The notes under the pieces: generated by a model
Told to the model about the DNA's origin: nothing
Databases searched by the model: none
Seen by the model: the letters and a program-made list of their open reading frames with translations, nothing else
Program-made: the position numbers and the translations under genes
Assembly (NCBI GenBank): GCA_903889265.1
Contig: CAISWS010000119.1
Location: 4,615-68,614 of the forward strand
Source: an uncultured Bacteroidota bacterium
GTDB taxonomy: Bacteria; Bacteroidota; Bacteroidia; Chitinophagales; LD1
DNA length: 64,000 bases
Direction: 5' to 3'
Shown: positions 40,507-49,910 of the stretch, in pieces
Layout of the letters: the number at the start of each line of letters is the position of its first letter
Numbering within the stretch: the stretch's first letter is position 1

Positions 40507-42063
40507 CTAATGTATATCAGAAACATTCACCCGCTCAATATTTTGCAGGTGAACCTCAATGCCGTTTCGCTTGGCATTTACACAATACTCACTAATGGTT
40601 TCCAAAACATCATGGTCAATGGTTTTAGTAAATGAACCGTCAATTAAAACCTCGGAGTAATGAGGGATATTATTTAGCAATTCTTTAATGCGAGATTTAT
40701 CCAGAAAAGTAACATTGGTATGCATCTTAATGGTGTAAGTAGTAATACCAAGGCGGGTTTCCTTACTGATATCATAATCCGCTTTGTAATTATTCCGGAT
40801 AAGAAAAAATATAGAAAGCAACAGGCCTATACTAACGCCCATTAGCAGGTCAGTAAATAAAATAACCACAATAGTAATCAGAAAGGGTAAAAACTGATTC
40901 CACCCCAGTTTAAACATACTCCTGTATAATTTCGGCCGGGTCAGTTTAAAACCGGTTACTACCAGTATAGAAGCCAGCGCCGCCAGCGGTATCTGGTTAA
41001 TCACAAATGGAACAAGCATTACCGCGCCAATCATAAACGCGCCATGCGTAAATGCCGACATTTTTGTTCTTCCGCCCGCATCAATGTTTGCTGAACTTCG
41101 CACTATAACAGCAGTTATGGGCAGTGCACCCGCAAAGCCACACACCATGTTGCCAATACCTTGCGCTATCAATTCGCGGTTGGTAGGTGTTGTGCGGTGC
41201 CAGGGGTCTAATTTATCAATGGCTTCAACGCTAAGCAAAGTTTCCAGGCTGGCCAGCGTTCCAATCAGTAGTGAAGATTTAATCGCATCCGGATGCTCTT
41301 TAAATACCCCAAAATCAGGAAACATAAACGAGTTGAAGAGATGGTCCGGAATATGCACCAACTGGCTGCTGTTAAGTGCCAATGCAGGTACAAATTGCTT
41401 AAATATCATTTGCAGCGCTATACCGCTGCCCACCACAAACAAGGGCACGGGTACAAACCTCACTTTGTCAAAAAACTCCTTCTCCCACAAATAATAGGCT
41501 GCTAACGAAAGCAAGGTGATAATCAGCGCGCCGCTGGAAAGGTTAGCGTAAAACTCCTCTATATTGGTAAAAAGGTGCGTATTGCCTACCAGGTTAATAA
41601 ACTCCTTACTCCAGAAATCCGGATGCCCGTAACCTATGGCAACCGGAAATTGCTTCGATATCAGAATAACACCAATGGCCGCAAGCATACCTTTAATAAC
41701 CGATGAAGGAAAATAATTGGCAATAGAACCCAGCTTTAACGCACCCAGCAACAACTGAAAAGCCCCTGCGCCTGCTACAATGGCCATAAACATGGGGTAG
41801 TTGTTATAGCTTAAAAGTATAGCCCCTACCACAGTGGTTAAACCAGCAGCCGGCCCCGATACGCTAAGCGGAGAACCACTTAATAATGAAACCAGCAAAC
41901 CACCTATAACGCCTGATAAAATGCCAGTATAGAGCGGTGCGCCCGATGCCAGGGCTATCCCTAAACACAATGGCAAAGCAACAAAAAATACCGTTAATCC
42001 TGCAGAAAGGTCGTGTTTAAGAAAAAGGCGGGAGTAATATTTAAATTTTCTTTTACTTATCAT
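40507..42063 (-). CDS. SulP family inorganic anion transporter with C-terminal STAS domain
   Basis: 518 aa. Sulfate_transp core (GLTVFFVALPLCLGIALASGAP...) and a C-terminal STAS-like soluble domain. Confidence 0.9.
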   Translation of the reverse strand: MISKRKFKYYSRLFLKHDLSAGLTVFFVALPLCLGIALASGAPLYTGILSGVIGGLLVSLLSGSPLSVSGPAAGLTTVVGAILLSYNNYPMFMAIVAGAGAFQLLLGALKLGSIANYFPSSVIKGMLAAIGVILISKQFPVAIGYGHPDFWSKEFINLVGNTHLFTNIEEFYANLSSGALIITLLSLAAYYLWEKEFFDKVRFVPVPLFVVGSGIALQMIFKQFVPALALNSSQLVHIPDHLFNSFMFPDFGVFKEHPDAIKSSLLIGTLASLETLLSVEAIDKLDPWHRTTPTNRELIAQGIGNMVCGFAGALPITAVIVRSSANIDAGGRTKMSAFTHGAFMIGAVMLVPFVINQIPLAALASILVVTGFKLTRPKLYRSMFKLGWNQFLPFLITIVVILFTDLLMGVSIGLLLSIFFLIRNNYKADYDISKETRLGITTYTIKMHTNVTFLDKSRIKELLNNIPHYSEVLIDGSFTKTIDHDVLETISEYCVNAKRNGIEVHLQNIERVNVSDIH

Positions 42064-42176
42064 CGCAAAACGAAGTTACGATAACACTCAATCCCTATGG
42101 GTTGATTTTTGTCAATAATAACAACAAATTATCATCCATTCTCCTGTAATCTCAGTTTTGTATAACAGATAAAATG

Positions 42177-42208
42177 AAAATGCCGCTTGTTTTACGAAGC
42201 GGCATTTT
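42177..42208 (-). terminator. rho-independent terminator after the T9SS-associated gene string
   Basis: AAAATGCCGCTT-GTTTTACG-AAGCGGCATTTT. GC-rich 8-bp core stem, extendable to 12 bp by the flanking A and T runs, with a T-rich tract following on the minus strand. About 25 bp downstream of the OmpA-family stop. Confidence 0.7.
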
Positions 42209-42229
42209 AAAGTCTTTTCACACGGCAGC

Positions 42230-44365
42230 TTAGTTATGTGGCGCAGGAACCGTCTGCATAGCAGGCTGTCTCTTATCGTCCAGAATCTTAAATTCTGTTC
42301 TTCTGTTCTTTGCCCGTCCTTCAGGGTTATCCGACCCGTCAGGGTTTGTATTTGGCGCTACCGGCATGGTTTTACCGTATCCCTTGGCTATAATCCTGTC
42401 TTTGGCAATTCCTTTTTCGCTTACCAGGTAATTAGTACAGGCCTCTGCACGCTTCTGGCTTAATTCTTCGTTGTATTTATCCGCCCCTTTGCTATCTGTA
42501 TGGGCGCTCAACTCAATGGTAATAGTCGGGTTCTCTTTCAAAATGTCATATAGTGTATCTAACACCAGTTTTGATGCAGGTATCAGGTCGGCCTTATCAT
42601 ATTCGTAATAAATATTGCTTAACGAATATGCCTTATTCATCACCATCTTCTTCATGCTAACGGTAAAGCTGGCAGTATCACTTTTATCCTTGCCCAAAGT
42701 GTTGTAAAGCTGTGTCCCGGTAAAGTAGCCATCGCGCGCTGCGCTGATTTTGTACGACTTATCAGGCTCCAGGTCAAAGAAATAACTGCCGTCTTTCGAG
42801 TTGTAAGATTTTATCAGGGCACCGGTATTGGCATCATATAAATTCACCACCTGGTCCTTTACCACATTACCACTGTCTGGGTCAACCAGCTTACCCTTTA
42901 CCGCAAGGAATATGCGGTACCTGTACAGCTGATAAATATCATCGCAGCATGTTTCACTTTTTAAACCGTAACCACCGGGACGGTTACTTACTACAAAACC
43001 AATTCCGTTCTTCTCATCCCAGCTGTAATACATATCATCAACACTCGAGTTAACCGGCATGCCTAAGTTTTCAGGTTCACTCCAACCTCCATTCACCGGT
43101 TTAGTTTTGTACACATCTGCACCACCTATGTTAATGTGCCCGTCAGAACTGAAATACAAAGTATTGGTCTGTGCATCATAAACAGGCGTAAATTCATTTC
43201 CCTCGGTGTTAATGTTGCCGCTTATTTCGCGCGCTTTATCAAAAGTGCCATCACTGTTTAGTTTGGCATAAAATATATCCGTTCCGCGGCCTACATTTCT
43301 ATCTGAAACAAAGTAAAGCACATCTTCGCCCTTTTCATTTTTGCCTAAATTCGGCTGTGTATTGGTTGCACCTGCTGCATTTACGTTTTCGTTAAGCATA
43401 GTACCGGCAATCCAGCCTGTATCACCCAAAAGGCTCTTATAAATATTACATTTAATAGCCTGATTGTCATCCTGCAAACACTCAGTGTAATACATGGTTT
43501 TACCATTTGCACTAAAAGTAGGGTTACCTACATGATAAGCAATGGTATTAACCTCGCCTGCTAAAATTTGCTTTTTGGTCCAGGTTGAGTCGCTGTTCTT
43601 CTTTGCAGAGTAAATTCTGGAGAAGGTGGCAAACTTCTCTCTCTTGCCTGTTAAAATTACCTTGTCAGAAACCACTGCCGAAAAATATAACGTTGTTGGG
43701 TCCCTTAGCACCGGTGCATAATCAGTAAAGGGCTGGTTAACGTTGGTATCCAGGTGAACCAGTTTGGTTTCTTTAAACGTTTTATCATCGCGGAACTTAA
43801 TACCCAAATCGCAGCCTGCATCTTCCATGCTGGCTTTTTTTCTTACGTTAGCCAGGTCCGCCGAATTTTTATAGGTCTCGTTAAACTGTTCAAACAACAG
43901 CTTAGCCTTTTCATAATTGCCAATAAACTTTTCAGTTAACGCTAACTTATAAAGGGCCATCCAGTTACTGTGTTTGGCGGTATCCATGTCCACCAGCATT
44001 TTATAGTATTTGTTGGCACTACGGTAATCGCGTAACATAAAATTGCCATCAGCCATTTGCTGATATAAATTGGTCTCTTTCGGATTCTTCGCAATTGCAG
44101 CCTCATAATAATGAAGCCCGTTGTACAAACTTCCCTGTTCAAAAAGTTTGTCTCCAAACATTTTGTCCTTTTTCCAGCTTACAGAAAGAGGGTCTGGCAG
44201 CTCCTTTAATTTTTCCAGCTTTTTAGGTTTAGGTGCTTTAACCTTAACTGAGTCAACTACCTGGGCAACCTTTGTCGAATCCACTGCCTGTGCTTTCAGC
44301 TCATTTCCCGGTGTCAGTTGCAATGCCAGAAGCGCAACAACAAAAAGTAAAAATTTCAATTTCAT
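42230..44365 (-). CDS. PorE-like OmpA family protein (TPR + PD40/beta-propeller + CarboxypepD_reg-like + OmpA_C)
   Basis: 711 aa. Signal peptide, TPR-like N-terminus, repeated PD40-type segments (YFSSDG, YFVSDRN), and C-terminal OmpA_C (ELSAHTDSKGADKYNEELSQKRAEA...NRRTEFKIL). Confidence 0.8.
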   Translation of the reverse strand: MKLKFLLFVVALLALQLTPGNELKAQAVDSTKVAQVVDSVKVKAPKPKKLEKLKELPDPLSVSWKKDKMFGDKLFEQGSLYNGLHYYEAAIAKNPKETNLYQQMADGNFMLRDYRSANKYYKMLVDMDTAKHSNWMALYKLALTEKFIGNYEKAKLLFEQFNETYKNSADLANVRKKASMEDAGCDLGIKFRDDKTFKETKLVHLDTNVNQPFTDYAPVLRDPTTLYFSAVVSDKVILTGKREKFATFSRIYSAKKNSDSTWTKKQILAGEVNTIAYHVGNPTFSANGKTMYYTECLQDDNQAIKCNIYKSLLGDTGWIAGTMLNENVNAAGATNTQPNLGKNEKGEDVLYFVSDRNVGRGTDIFYAKLNSDGTFDKAREISGNINTEGNEFTPVYDAQTNTLYFSSDGHINIGGADVYKTKPVNGGWSEPENLGMPVNSSVDDMYYSWDEKNGIGFVVSNRPGGYGLKSETCCDDIYQLYRYRIFLAVKGKLVDPDSGNVVKDQVVNLYDANTGALIKSYNSKDGSYFFDLEPDKSYKISAARDGYFTGTQLYNTLGKDKSDTASFTVSMKKMVMNKAYSLSNIYYEYDKADLIPASKLVLDTLYDILKENPTITIELSAHTDSKGADKYNEELSQKRAEACTNYLVSEKGIAKDRIIAKGYGKTMPVAPNTNPDGSDNPEGRAKNRRTEFKILDDKRQPAMQTVPAPHN

Positions 44366-44477
44366 ATTCTGGGTTAAGGTTGTTTCAAAAACGTATTTAT
44401 GCCAATTGCATTCGAAAATAAAAAAAGGTTGCCGTTATATAAATATTGTTGTATTTAACATGTAAGCGCGCCGTATA

Positions 44478-45515
44478 TTAAAAACGCGGGCAAATCAACG
44501 CGCTCTTATAATTATAATTCTTTTTCTTGCCGGTATAGGTTAATGATAGTTCAAGCGCACCAATTGCAGTACCTGCGCTCTTTAGTTGAGATACCGTAGC
44601 ATCATAACTAATACCCAGTTTAAATCCTTTAACCTCAAAAGCCAGGTAAGGTATAACAGCATCGCCACCGGCACCGCCTTTGGCCAGGGTGTTAATACGG
44701 TTATATAATCCCAGCGTAAGCGTCATATCGTTATCAAAGTCGATACCAAAACCAAGTCCGCTGTTTAGTTCATCTACACCTCCCTGGTGCATATACATCA
44801 GCGATGGCAACAAGTGATATCTTTTTGCAATAGTAACATCAATACCAGCGTTAACATCCCATCTTAAATAAAGGTTGTTATTGTCTCCTGTAAGGATGTC
44901 GTACTTAGGTTGGTATAAATTAAACAAGGCACCGCCGGCATATATACCTATCACGTCACTTAAACGGCCATACCACAATAACCCCGCGTTTATGTTCGGA
45001 TAAAGTACATGCGTTTTACCTATATTTTCGTTGTTGCTGAGTGAGCTGTTGAAGATGTTATCCTGAAACTGGCTGGCAAACTGAAACCCGCCCGTATTGA
45101 TACTGGTATTGGTAATGCCCAACTGAAAGCCCGCCGATAAATGGTGATTTTTCTTTTTACCCAGCGTTTTGATATAGGAGGCAGAAGCGCAAACCATAAT
45201 GGTGCTAAAAGTGTTTGCACCGGCCTGGTCATTAGCCAGAAAAAGGCCTACACCAACAACATCGTCCTTTACCTTTATAGGAACATCACCACCAATGGCC
45301 GTAGTCATGTAAGGCGATGCGCCAAAACTACCGCCGCTGGCGCTAAACCATTGGTTACGGTAGTTTATACCAACCCGGTAAGTGCCCGGCGTAAAACCGG
45401 TTAATGCCGGATTAAGCAACAAGGGTGCATTAAAAAATTGCGAGTAGTGAATATCCTGCGCAAAAACGGATGCTGCTAAAACGAAGCTGAAAGCGAGGGT
45501 AAAAAATTTCTTCAT
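44478..45515 (-). CDS. PorP/SprF family type IX secretion system membrane protein
   Basis: 345 aa. N-terminus AQDIHYSQFFNAPLLLNPALTGF is the PorP/SprF hallmark. Confidence 0.85.
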   Translation of the reverse strand: MKKFFTLAFSFVLAASVFAQDIHYSQFFNAPLLLNPALTGFTPGTYRVGINYRNQWFSASGGSFGASPYMTTAIGGDVPIKVKDDVVGVGLFLANDQAGANTFSTIMVCASASYIKTLGKKKNHHLSAGFQLGITNTSINTGGFQFASQFQDNIFNSSLSNNENIGKTHVLYPNINAGLLWYGRLSDVIGIYAGGALFNLYQPKYDILTGDNNNLYLRWDVNAGIDVTIAKRYHLLPSLMYMHQGGVDELNSGLGFGIDFDNDMTLTLGLYNRINTLAKGGAGGDAVIPYLAFEVKGFKLGISYDATVSQLKSAGTAIGALELSLTYTGKKKNYNYKSALICPRF

Positions 45516-45556
45516 GTTTATAGTGTTGAGTCCTTAACTTATTAATTTTTTATTCC

Positions 45557-46873
45557 CTACCACAATAGGGCCAGATTTCCTGAAACTACTTTAACCACAC
45601 CGGTTTCATTAACCTTTACACTGGCAGTATATACATAGTTTCCCATAGGTTGCAGTTTGCCATTATATTTTCCATCCCAGCAGTAAGTAGGTGCCGCACC
45701 TGCAGTCGGTATTACCCTGGTATCGCCATCGCGGTTACCATCATAAACCAACTCACCCCAGCGGTCATAAATGCGCATTTCCTGTACGGTTACCAGCCCG
45801 TTTTCGTTAATAATGTGGAAGGTGTTATTGTTCACCTGGTCGCTGCCATTCGGCGCAAATACGTTAGGGAAAACAAAGTTTACTTCTTTCCAGTTAATCA
45901 GGGCATGTGGCTCATTACCATTATCTGTCCAATCGCTTTTCATCATTCGCATGGGCGGCGTGCCGTTGCTGGCCAATGGCATAACATCGCCTGCGCTATC
46001 CAGATTTTGCCATTGTGGCACTACCTGCCAGCGGGCCATGGAGTTCCAGCTTCCGTCAACAGCAGGGTCATAATAAATAGATAATGCCGCTGAAGCTGTA
46101 TTGTTGTATTGTTTCAATAAGTGATAATACTGGCCATTTACCTGTGTAATGATAGATGCCTTGGTTGCAGTATCATATCCATCGCTGGTAGGGTTTTCAT
46201 ATGCAAACCGTACTGAAAACGCCTGGCTGTCCGGTACTGATGGGCTGAACTCAACCGGTCTGTAAATAACTGTTCCACTGTTATCCCACCCTGTAGGGAA
46301 AAGGTAAGTGCTGGTGCTTTTGGTGCTTCTGAATAATCTGCCGGCACCGGTGCTGCTTACAAAACCTGTATTTCTGATAATGGCACCAGTGTCTGTATTC
46401 AGCACATAAAGATTAAAATTACCGGTAGCAGATTCGCAGCTGTTAATACTGTCAAGATGTAAAACCGTGGCATCCAGTGTCTGCGTTTTTACTGAACCGG
46501 GCGTATTCAGCGTAAGGTTATAAAAGGTAGTGGGCTGGGTACCGGTAATATTCTGGTTGGCACCGGTTAAAGATACCTCGCTCTGGTCAGCGGTAAACAG
46601 GTCATTGTTTTCCCAATCGCCGGTTACATAATAAACCCCGGTCGCAGCTCCCCCGCCGGTAGCTGTGCCACCATTGCGGAAATAACCATTAATCGTGGTA
46701 TAACCTGCATTGCTGTAAGTCCCGCTGGCGTTTTCTGCCGCGCCCTCTACATAAACCACCGCACCACCGGTTACGGTAATTTGCGCGCCTGCATTATATA
46801 ATACCTGGGCCTGTAACTGCCCAATGCTTAATAGGCCCATGGTTAACGCTGTAAAAAAAACTCCTGATTTCAT
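45557..46873 (-). CDS. T9SS type B sorting (gliding-motility-associated C-terminal) domain protein
   Basis: 438 aa. C-terminus FPNVFAPNGSDQVNNNTFHI...MRIYDRWGELVYDG...WDGKYNGKLQPMGNYVY matches the type B CTD. Confidence 0.8.
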   Translation of the reverse strand: MKSGVFFTALTMGLLSIGQLQAQVLYNAGAQITVTGGAVVYVEGAAENASGTYSNAGYTTINGYFRNGGTATGGGAATGVYYVTGDWENNDLFTADQSEVSLTGANQNITGTQPTTFYNLTLNTPGSVKTQTLDATVLHLDSINSCESATGNFNLYVLNTDTGAIIRNTGFVSSTGAGRLFRSTKSTSTYLFPTGWDNSGTVIYRPVEFSPSVPDSQAFSVRFAYENPTSDGYDTATKASIITQVNGQYYHLLKQYNNTASAALSIYYDPAVDGSWNSMARWQVVPQWQNLDSAGDVMPLASNGTPPMRMMKSDWTDNGNEPHALINWKEVNFVFPNVFAPNGSDQVNNNTFHIINENGLVTVQEMRIYDRWGELVYDGNRDGDTRVIPTAGAAPTYCWDGKYNGKLQPMGNYVYTASVKVNETGVVKVVSGNLALLW

Positions 46874-46905
46874 CTTTATAAGTTTATTAAAAACTGAACT
46901 TAATT

Positions 46906-47178
46906 TTATTTTGCCTTATACGTATCCTTTGCTGGGGTAAACTTAGCCATGCCTGGGGTCGAATTATCACCGGATTTCACATTATCCCGTTTTTGAGCTC
47001 CCTTATTTTTGCCGTCAAATTTTGCTCCGCCAACCACAGGTTGCACGTGGGTCTGCTTGTCCTCCGCTTGTTTGGCGGTACCCTTGGTTGTCGCCATACC
47101 CGGAGTTTCAGCACTTTGGCTAAATCCTTTTATGGCAAAAGCTAAAAATAAAAAAGGGAGCATTAATCTTTTCTTCAT
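46906..47178 (-). CDS. small Lys-rich secreted protein
   Basis: 90 aa. Signal peptide MKKRLMLPFLFLAFAIKGFSQ, TPGMA motif twice, low-complexity basic sequence. Tight spacing to both neighbours (22 and 32 bp). Confidence 0.45.
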   Translation of the reverse strand: MKKRLMLPFLFLAFAIKGFSQSAETPGMATTKGTAKQAEDKQTHVQPVVGGAKFDGKNKGAQKRDNVKSGDNSTPGMAKFTPAKDTYKAK

Positions 47179-47200
47179 CTACTCGGTTTTATTCAAAATG

Positions 47201-48319
47201 CTATTGTACAAATGCAGTTAAGGTTGCGTGATTAGGGGCATTGGTAGGGTCTATGGCCAATCCTGTTCCTCCTAATACTGCGCTTGAATAATATTGCACG
47301 GTTATAGTATTGGTCACATTCGGGGTTACTGTTACCATTTTAGTAATAGCCGAACTCCAGCCAAACAAGGTATAACCATCATAATCATCGGTAACACTCG
47401 ACATGGTAAAGCTTCCACCTACCGCTGTTCCGTTTACCAATATTTGAAAATAGGCAATGCCCGCAGCATTCTGTGTACCAAATCCGGATGCGGTAAACTC
47501 AACAAAAGTCTTACTCTGAGTTGGAACAATCGAAAGGGTTATTCCTGGTAAATTAGTAAAAGTAGTAGCATTCAGATTGGTATTCGCAGTCAAGGATATA
47601 GATTGTATGTTAAGGCCTGAGCCTGCACCGGTAGGGCCGGTTACACCTGCTGGCCCCGTAGCACCTGGAGTTCCTGCGGTACCTGGCGTTCCCGGAGTTC
47701 CGGCAACACCAGTTGGTCCGGCTATGCCCGGAGCACCATTAGCACCGGATGGACCAGTTACACCTGGCACTCCCTGAGGGCCGGTAGGGCCTGTTGATCC
47801 ATTTGCACCTGTTGGCCCTAAAGAGCCCGCTCCGCCAGGGCCTATTGGACCGGTAGGTCCCGTTGCACCGGTAGTTCCATCGGTGCCACTTGCCCCGGGA
47901 ACACCCTGCAAACCCGTAGCGCCGTCTGCACCCGATGGGCCCGTTACTCCATCATTACCTGATGGGCCGGTTACTCCATTCAATCCTGAAGGACCGGTTG
48001 CCCCCGGAGTACCTGCAGCACCTGTAGGTCCTGCTGGTCCGGCCTGGCACAACGAAATCCAAGCTGTGGAGTTGTAATAATAAAAGCATCCTAAGTTAGT
48101 ATCATAAACCAGCAAACCCTGTGCTGGCGAGGCAATGCCAGTGCGCTGTGCGGTAGTTAACCGCGGTACCAGCATCCCCTGGGTAGTTGACGTTACATCT
48201 AAAGCTGCCGAAGGGGCAGGTGTGGTGGTTCCTATGCCCACATTATTATTTTGGGCAAATGCGGGAACTGTGATTATTACTGCTAAAAACAGAAACAAAC
48301 CGGGGTAAATTCTTTTCAT
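47201..48319 (-). CDS. secreted collagen-like (Gly-X-Y) protein with globular C-terminal head, paralog 2
   Basis: 372 aa. Signal peptide, a conserved about 70-aa N-terminal Cys-containing module, about 140 aa of GXY, then about 140 aa of beta-rich C-terminal domain. Confidence 0.85.
   Translation of the reverse strand: MKRIYPGLFLFLAVIITVPAFAQNNNVGIGTTTPAPSAALDVTSTTQGMLVPRLTTAQRTGIASPAQGLLVYDTNLGCFYYYNSTAWISLCQAGPAGPTGAAGTPGATGPSGLNGVTGPSGNDGVTGPSGADGATGLQGVPGASGTDGTTGATGPTGPIGPGGAGSLGPTGANGSTGPTGPQGVPGVTGPSGANGAPGIAGPTGVAGTPGTPGTAGTPGATGPAGVTGPTGAGSGLNIQSISLTANTNLNATTFTNLPGITLSIVPTQSKTFVEFTASGFGTQNAAGIAYFQILVNGTAVGGSFTMSSVTDDYDGYTLFGWSSAITKMVTVTPNVTNTITVQYYSSAVLGGTGLAIDPTNAPNHATLTAFVQ
47621..48040 (-). 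repeat. Gly-X-Y triplet coding repeat tract
   Basis: Residues about 94-233 of the 372-aa protein. Register break at GPGGAGSLG. Antisense Pro-rich ORFs are artefacts. Confidence 0.85.
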
Positions 48320-48400
48320 AGTGCTTTTTTGTATGTCAGGAAACAGAGAGCCAATATAAAGGGAATTTTTAAATAACGTTAAGACTTTGTGCAGAAAACA
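48320..48400 (-). promoter_or_regulatory. duplicated upstream leader/promoter region of collagen-like paralog 2
   Basis: About 80 bp upstream of the start codon aligns by eye with 49657-49738 (…GAGAGCCAAT.TAAA.GGA.TTTT.AAATA.CGTTAA.ACTTTGTGCAGAAAACA). Confidence 0.4.
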
Positions 48401-48534
48401 TTACTTACTCACCGCCGGGATTAGTACCCGGTTAAAAAAAAACCTCACAGCTACGATATTTTTAACATAATTCATCTGGTTCTCGGCAAATCCCGTTTCT
48501 AAAAATCAGTCTTTACAACTTCAAATAATTATAC

Positions 48535-49656
48535 CTATTCATACACCATAATACACCGCTGGCTTTCGGGATCGGTTGTCACATTACAGTTGCATGCCCC
48601 CGTAAGGCCATCTGCCCAGCTAACCTGCCAATCAAGCCTGATGGTAACAGCAACCCCAGGTGTAACGGTCATGGGTGTTGATAAGGCAACGTTCCAGCTA
48701 GTGGTGGTGTATTGATTACCGCCGGTGTTAAACATACTGTTGGAAATTGAACCCGCCCCGGCCACAACAGCGGCACTCGTCACATTATATATTCTTACAC
48801 CCACATAACTTGGCACCCGCTTGGTAACGTCATTATAACCAGCTGCACTTGCGTTTATATAAACAACAGCTTTATTAGGTGTAAAGGTTAAAGTTGTTCC
48901 CGCCATGGCAGAATAAGTACTGGATGTAGTGGTAATATCAGTTGTGCCACAAATAGAAGCTCTCATTGGCGCTATATTAGTAGTAAGCGTGCCTCCCCCA
49001 TCGGTAATACTGAGGGCCCCTGAACCTGCGTTATAGGTAAATGCAGTATTAAATGAACCGGGGGCTGTAGCTCCCGTAGGCCCTTGTGCACCTGTTGCAC
49101 CTGCTATACCAGTGGCACCTGCAACACCCGCAACACCGCTTGGTCCGGCTGCACCTGTTGTGCCCTGCGGCCCTGTAGCGCCTGTTGGCCCAAACGAGCC
49201 TGCTCCACCAGGTCCGGTTGGTCCGGTTGCACCTGTAGCGCCGTTAATACCTATAGTGCCGCTTGCGCCTGCTGCACCCGAAGGGCCGGTTACCCCATCT
49301 ACACCTGAAGGCCCGGTAGCTCCGTTTGCTCCCGAAGGGCCCGACACTCCCGGCGCACCGGTCGGTCCGGCTGGCCCGGCCTGGCATAATGAAATCCAGG
49401 CGGTGGAATTATAATAGTAAAAGCAGCCCAGGTTAGTATCGTACACAAGCAAACCCTGTGCAGGCGAGGCAATTGCCGTGCGCTGAACTGTGGTTAACCT
49501 GGGTACCAGCATACCTTGCGTGGTTGAAGTTACATCTAATACTGCTGAAGGTGCAGGTGTGGTGGTTCCAATACCTACGTTATTATTTTGAGCAAAAAGC
49601 GGGGTGGTAACAATTAGCACAAAAAACAAGAACAAAAAAGGGTAAAATCTTTTCAT
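48535..49656 (-). CDS. secreted collagen-like (Gly-X-Y) protein with globular C-terminal head, paralog 3
   Basis: 373 aa. The first about 100 residues are nearly identical to paralog 2. About 100 aa of GXY, then an unrelated about 175-aa C-terminal domain containing Cys residues. Confidence 0.85.
   Translation of the reverse strand: MKRFYPFLFLFFVLIVTTPLFAQNNNVGIGTTTPAPSAVLDVTSTTQGMLVPRLTTVQRTAIASPAQGLLVYDTNLGCFYYYNSTAWISLCQAGPAGPTGAPGVSGPSGANGATGPSGVDGVTGPSGAAGASGTIGINGATGATGPTGPGGAGSFGPTGATGPQGTTGAAGPSGVAGVAGATGIAGATGAQGPTGATAPGSFNTAFTYNAGSGALSITDGGGTLTTNIAPMRASICGTTDITTTSSTYSAMAGTTLTFTPNKAVVYINASAAGYNDVTKRVPSYVGVRIYNVTSAAVVAGAGSISNSMFNTGGNQYTTTSWNVALSTPMTVTPGVAVTIRLDWQVSWADGLTGACNCNVTTDPESQRCIMVYE
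49069..49377 (-). repeat. Gly-X-Y triplet coding repeat tract
   Basis: Residues about 94-196 of the 373-aa protein, with the same GPGGAGSFG register break as paralog 2. Confidence 0.85.
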
Positions 49657-49738
49657 AGTGTTTTTTAAAATTTATCAGAAACTGAGAGCCAATCTAAATG
49701 GATTTTTCAAATATCGTTAACACTTTGTGCAGAAAACA
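49657..49738 (-). promoter_or_regulatory. duplicated upstream leader/promoter region of collagen-like paralog 3
   Basis: Colinear with 48320-48400. Confidence 0.4.
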
Positions 49739-49910
49739 GTATTTCCACATGAATTCGGTTAGTAATTCGCCGAAAAAGCGCTCCCTGCAACGTATTTTTG
49801 CCTCAAATCACCTCATAAGCCAAAATATCCGCTGTTTAACTCATACTATGTTGTATGAAAGCCGGTTAGCCGGCATGGATATCTTTTAATCGTATTTAAA
49901 ATCAAACCTC

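Noticed and set aside
47201-49656. Diversity-generating retroelement acting on the variable C-terminal heads of the collagen-like paralogs.
   Set aside because: There is no reverse transcriptase gene and no template-repeat/variable-repeat pair with adenine-specific differences in the window. The heads look unrelated rather than point-mutated.
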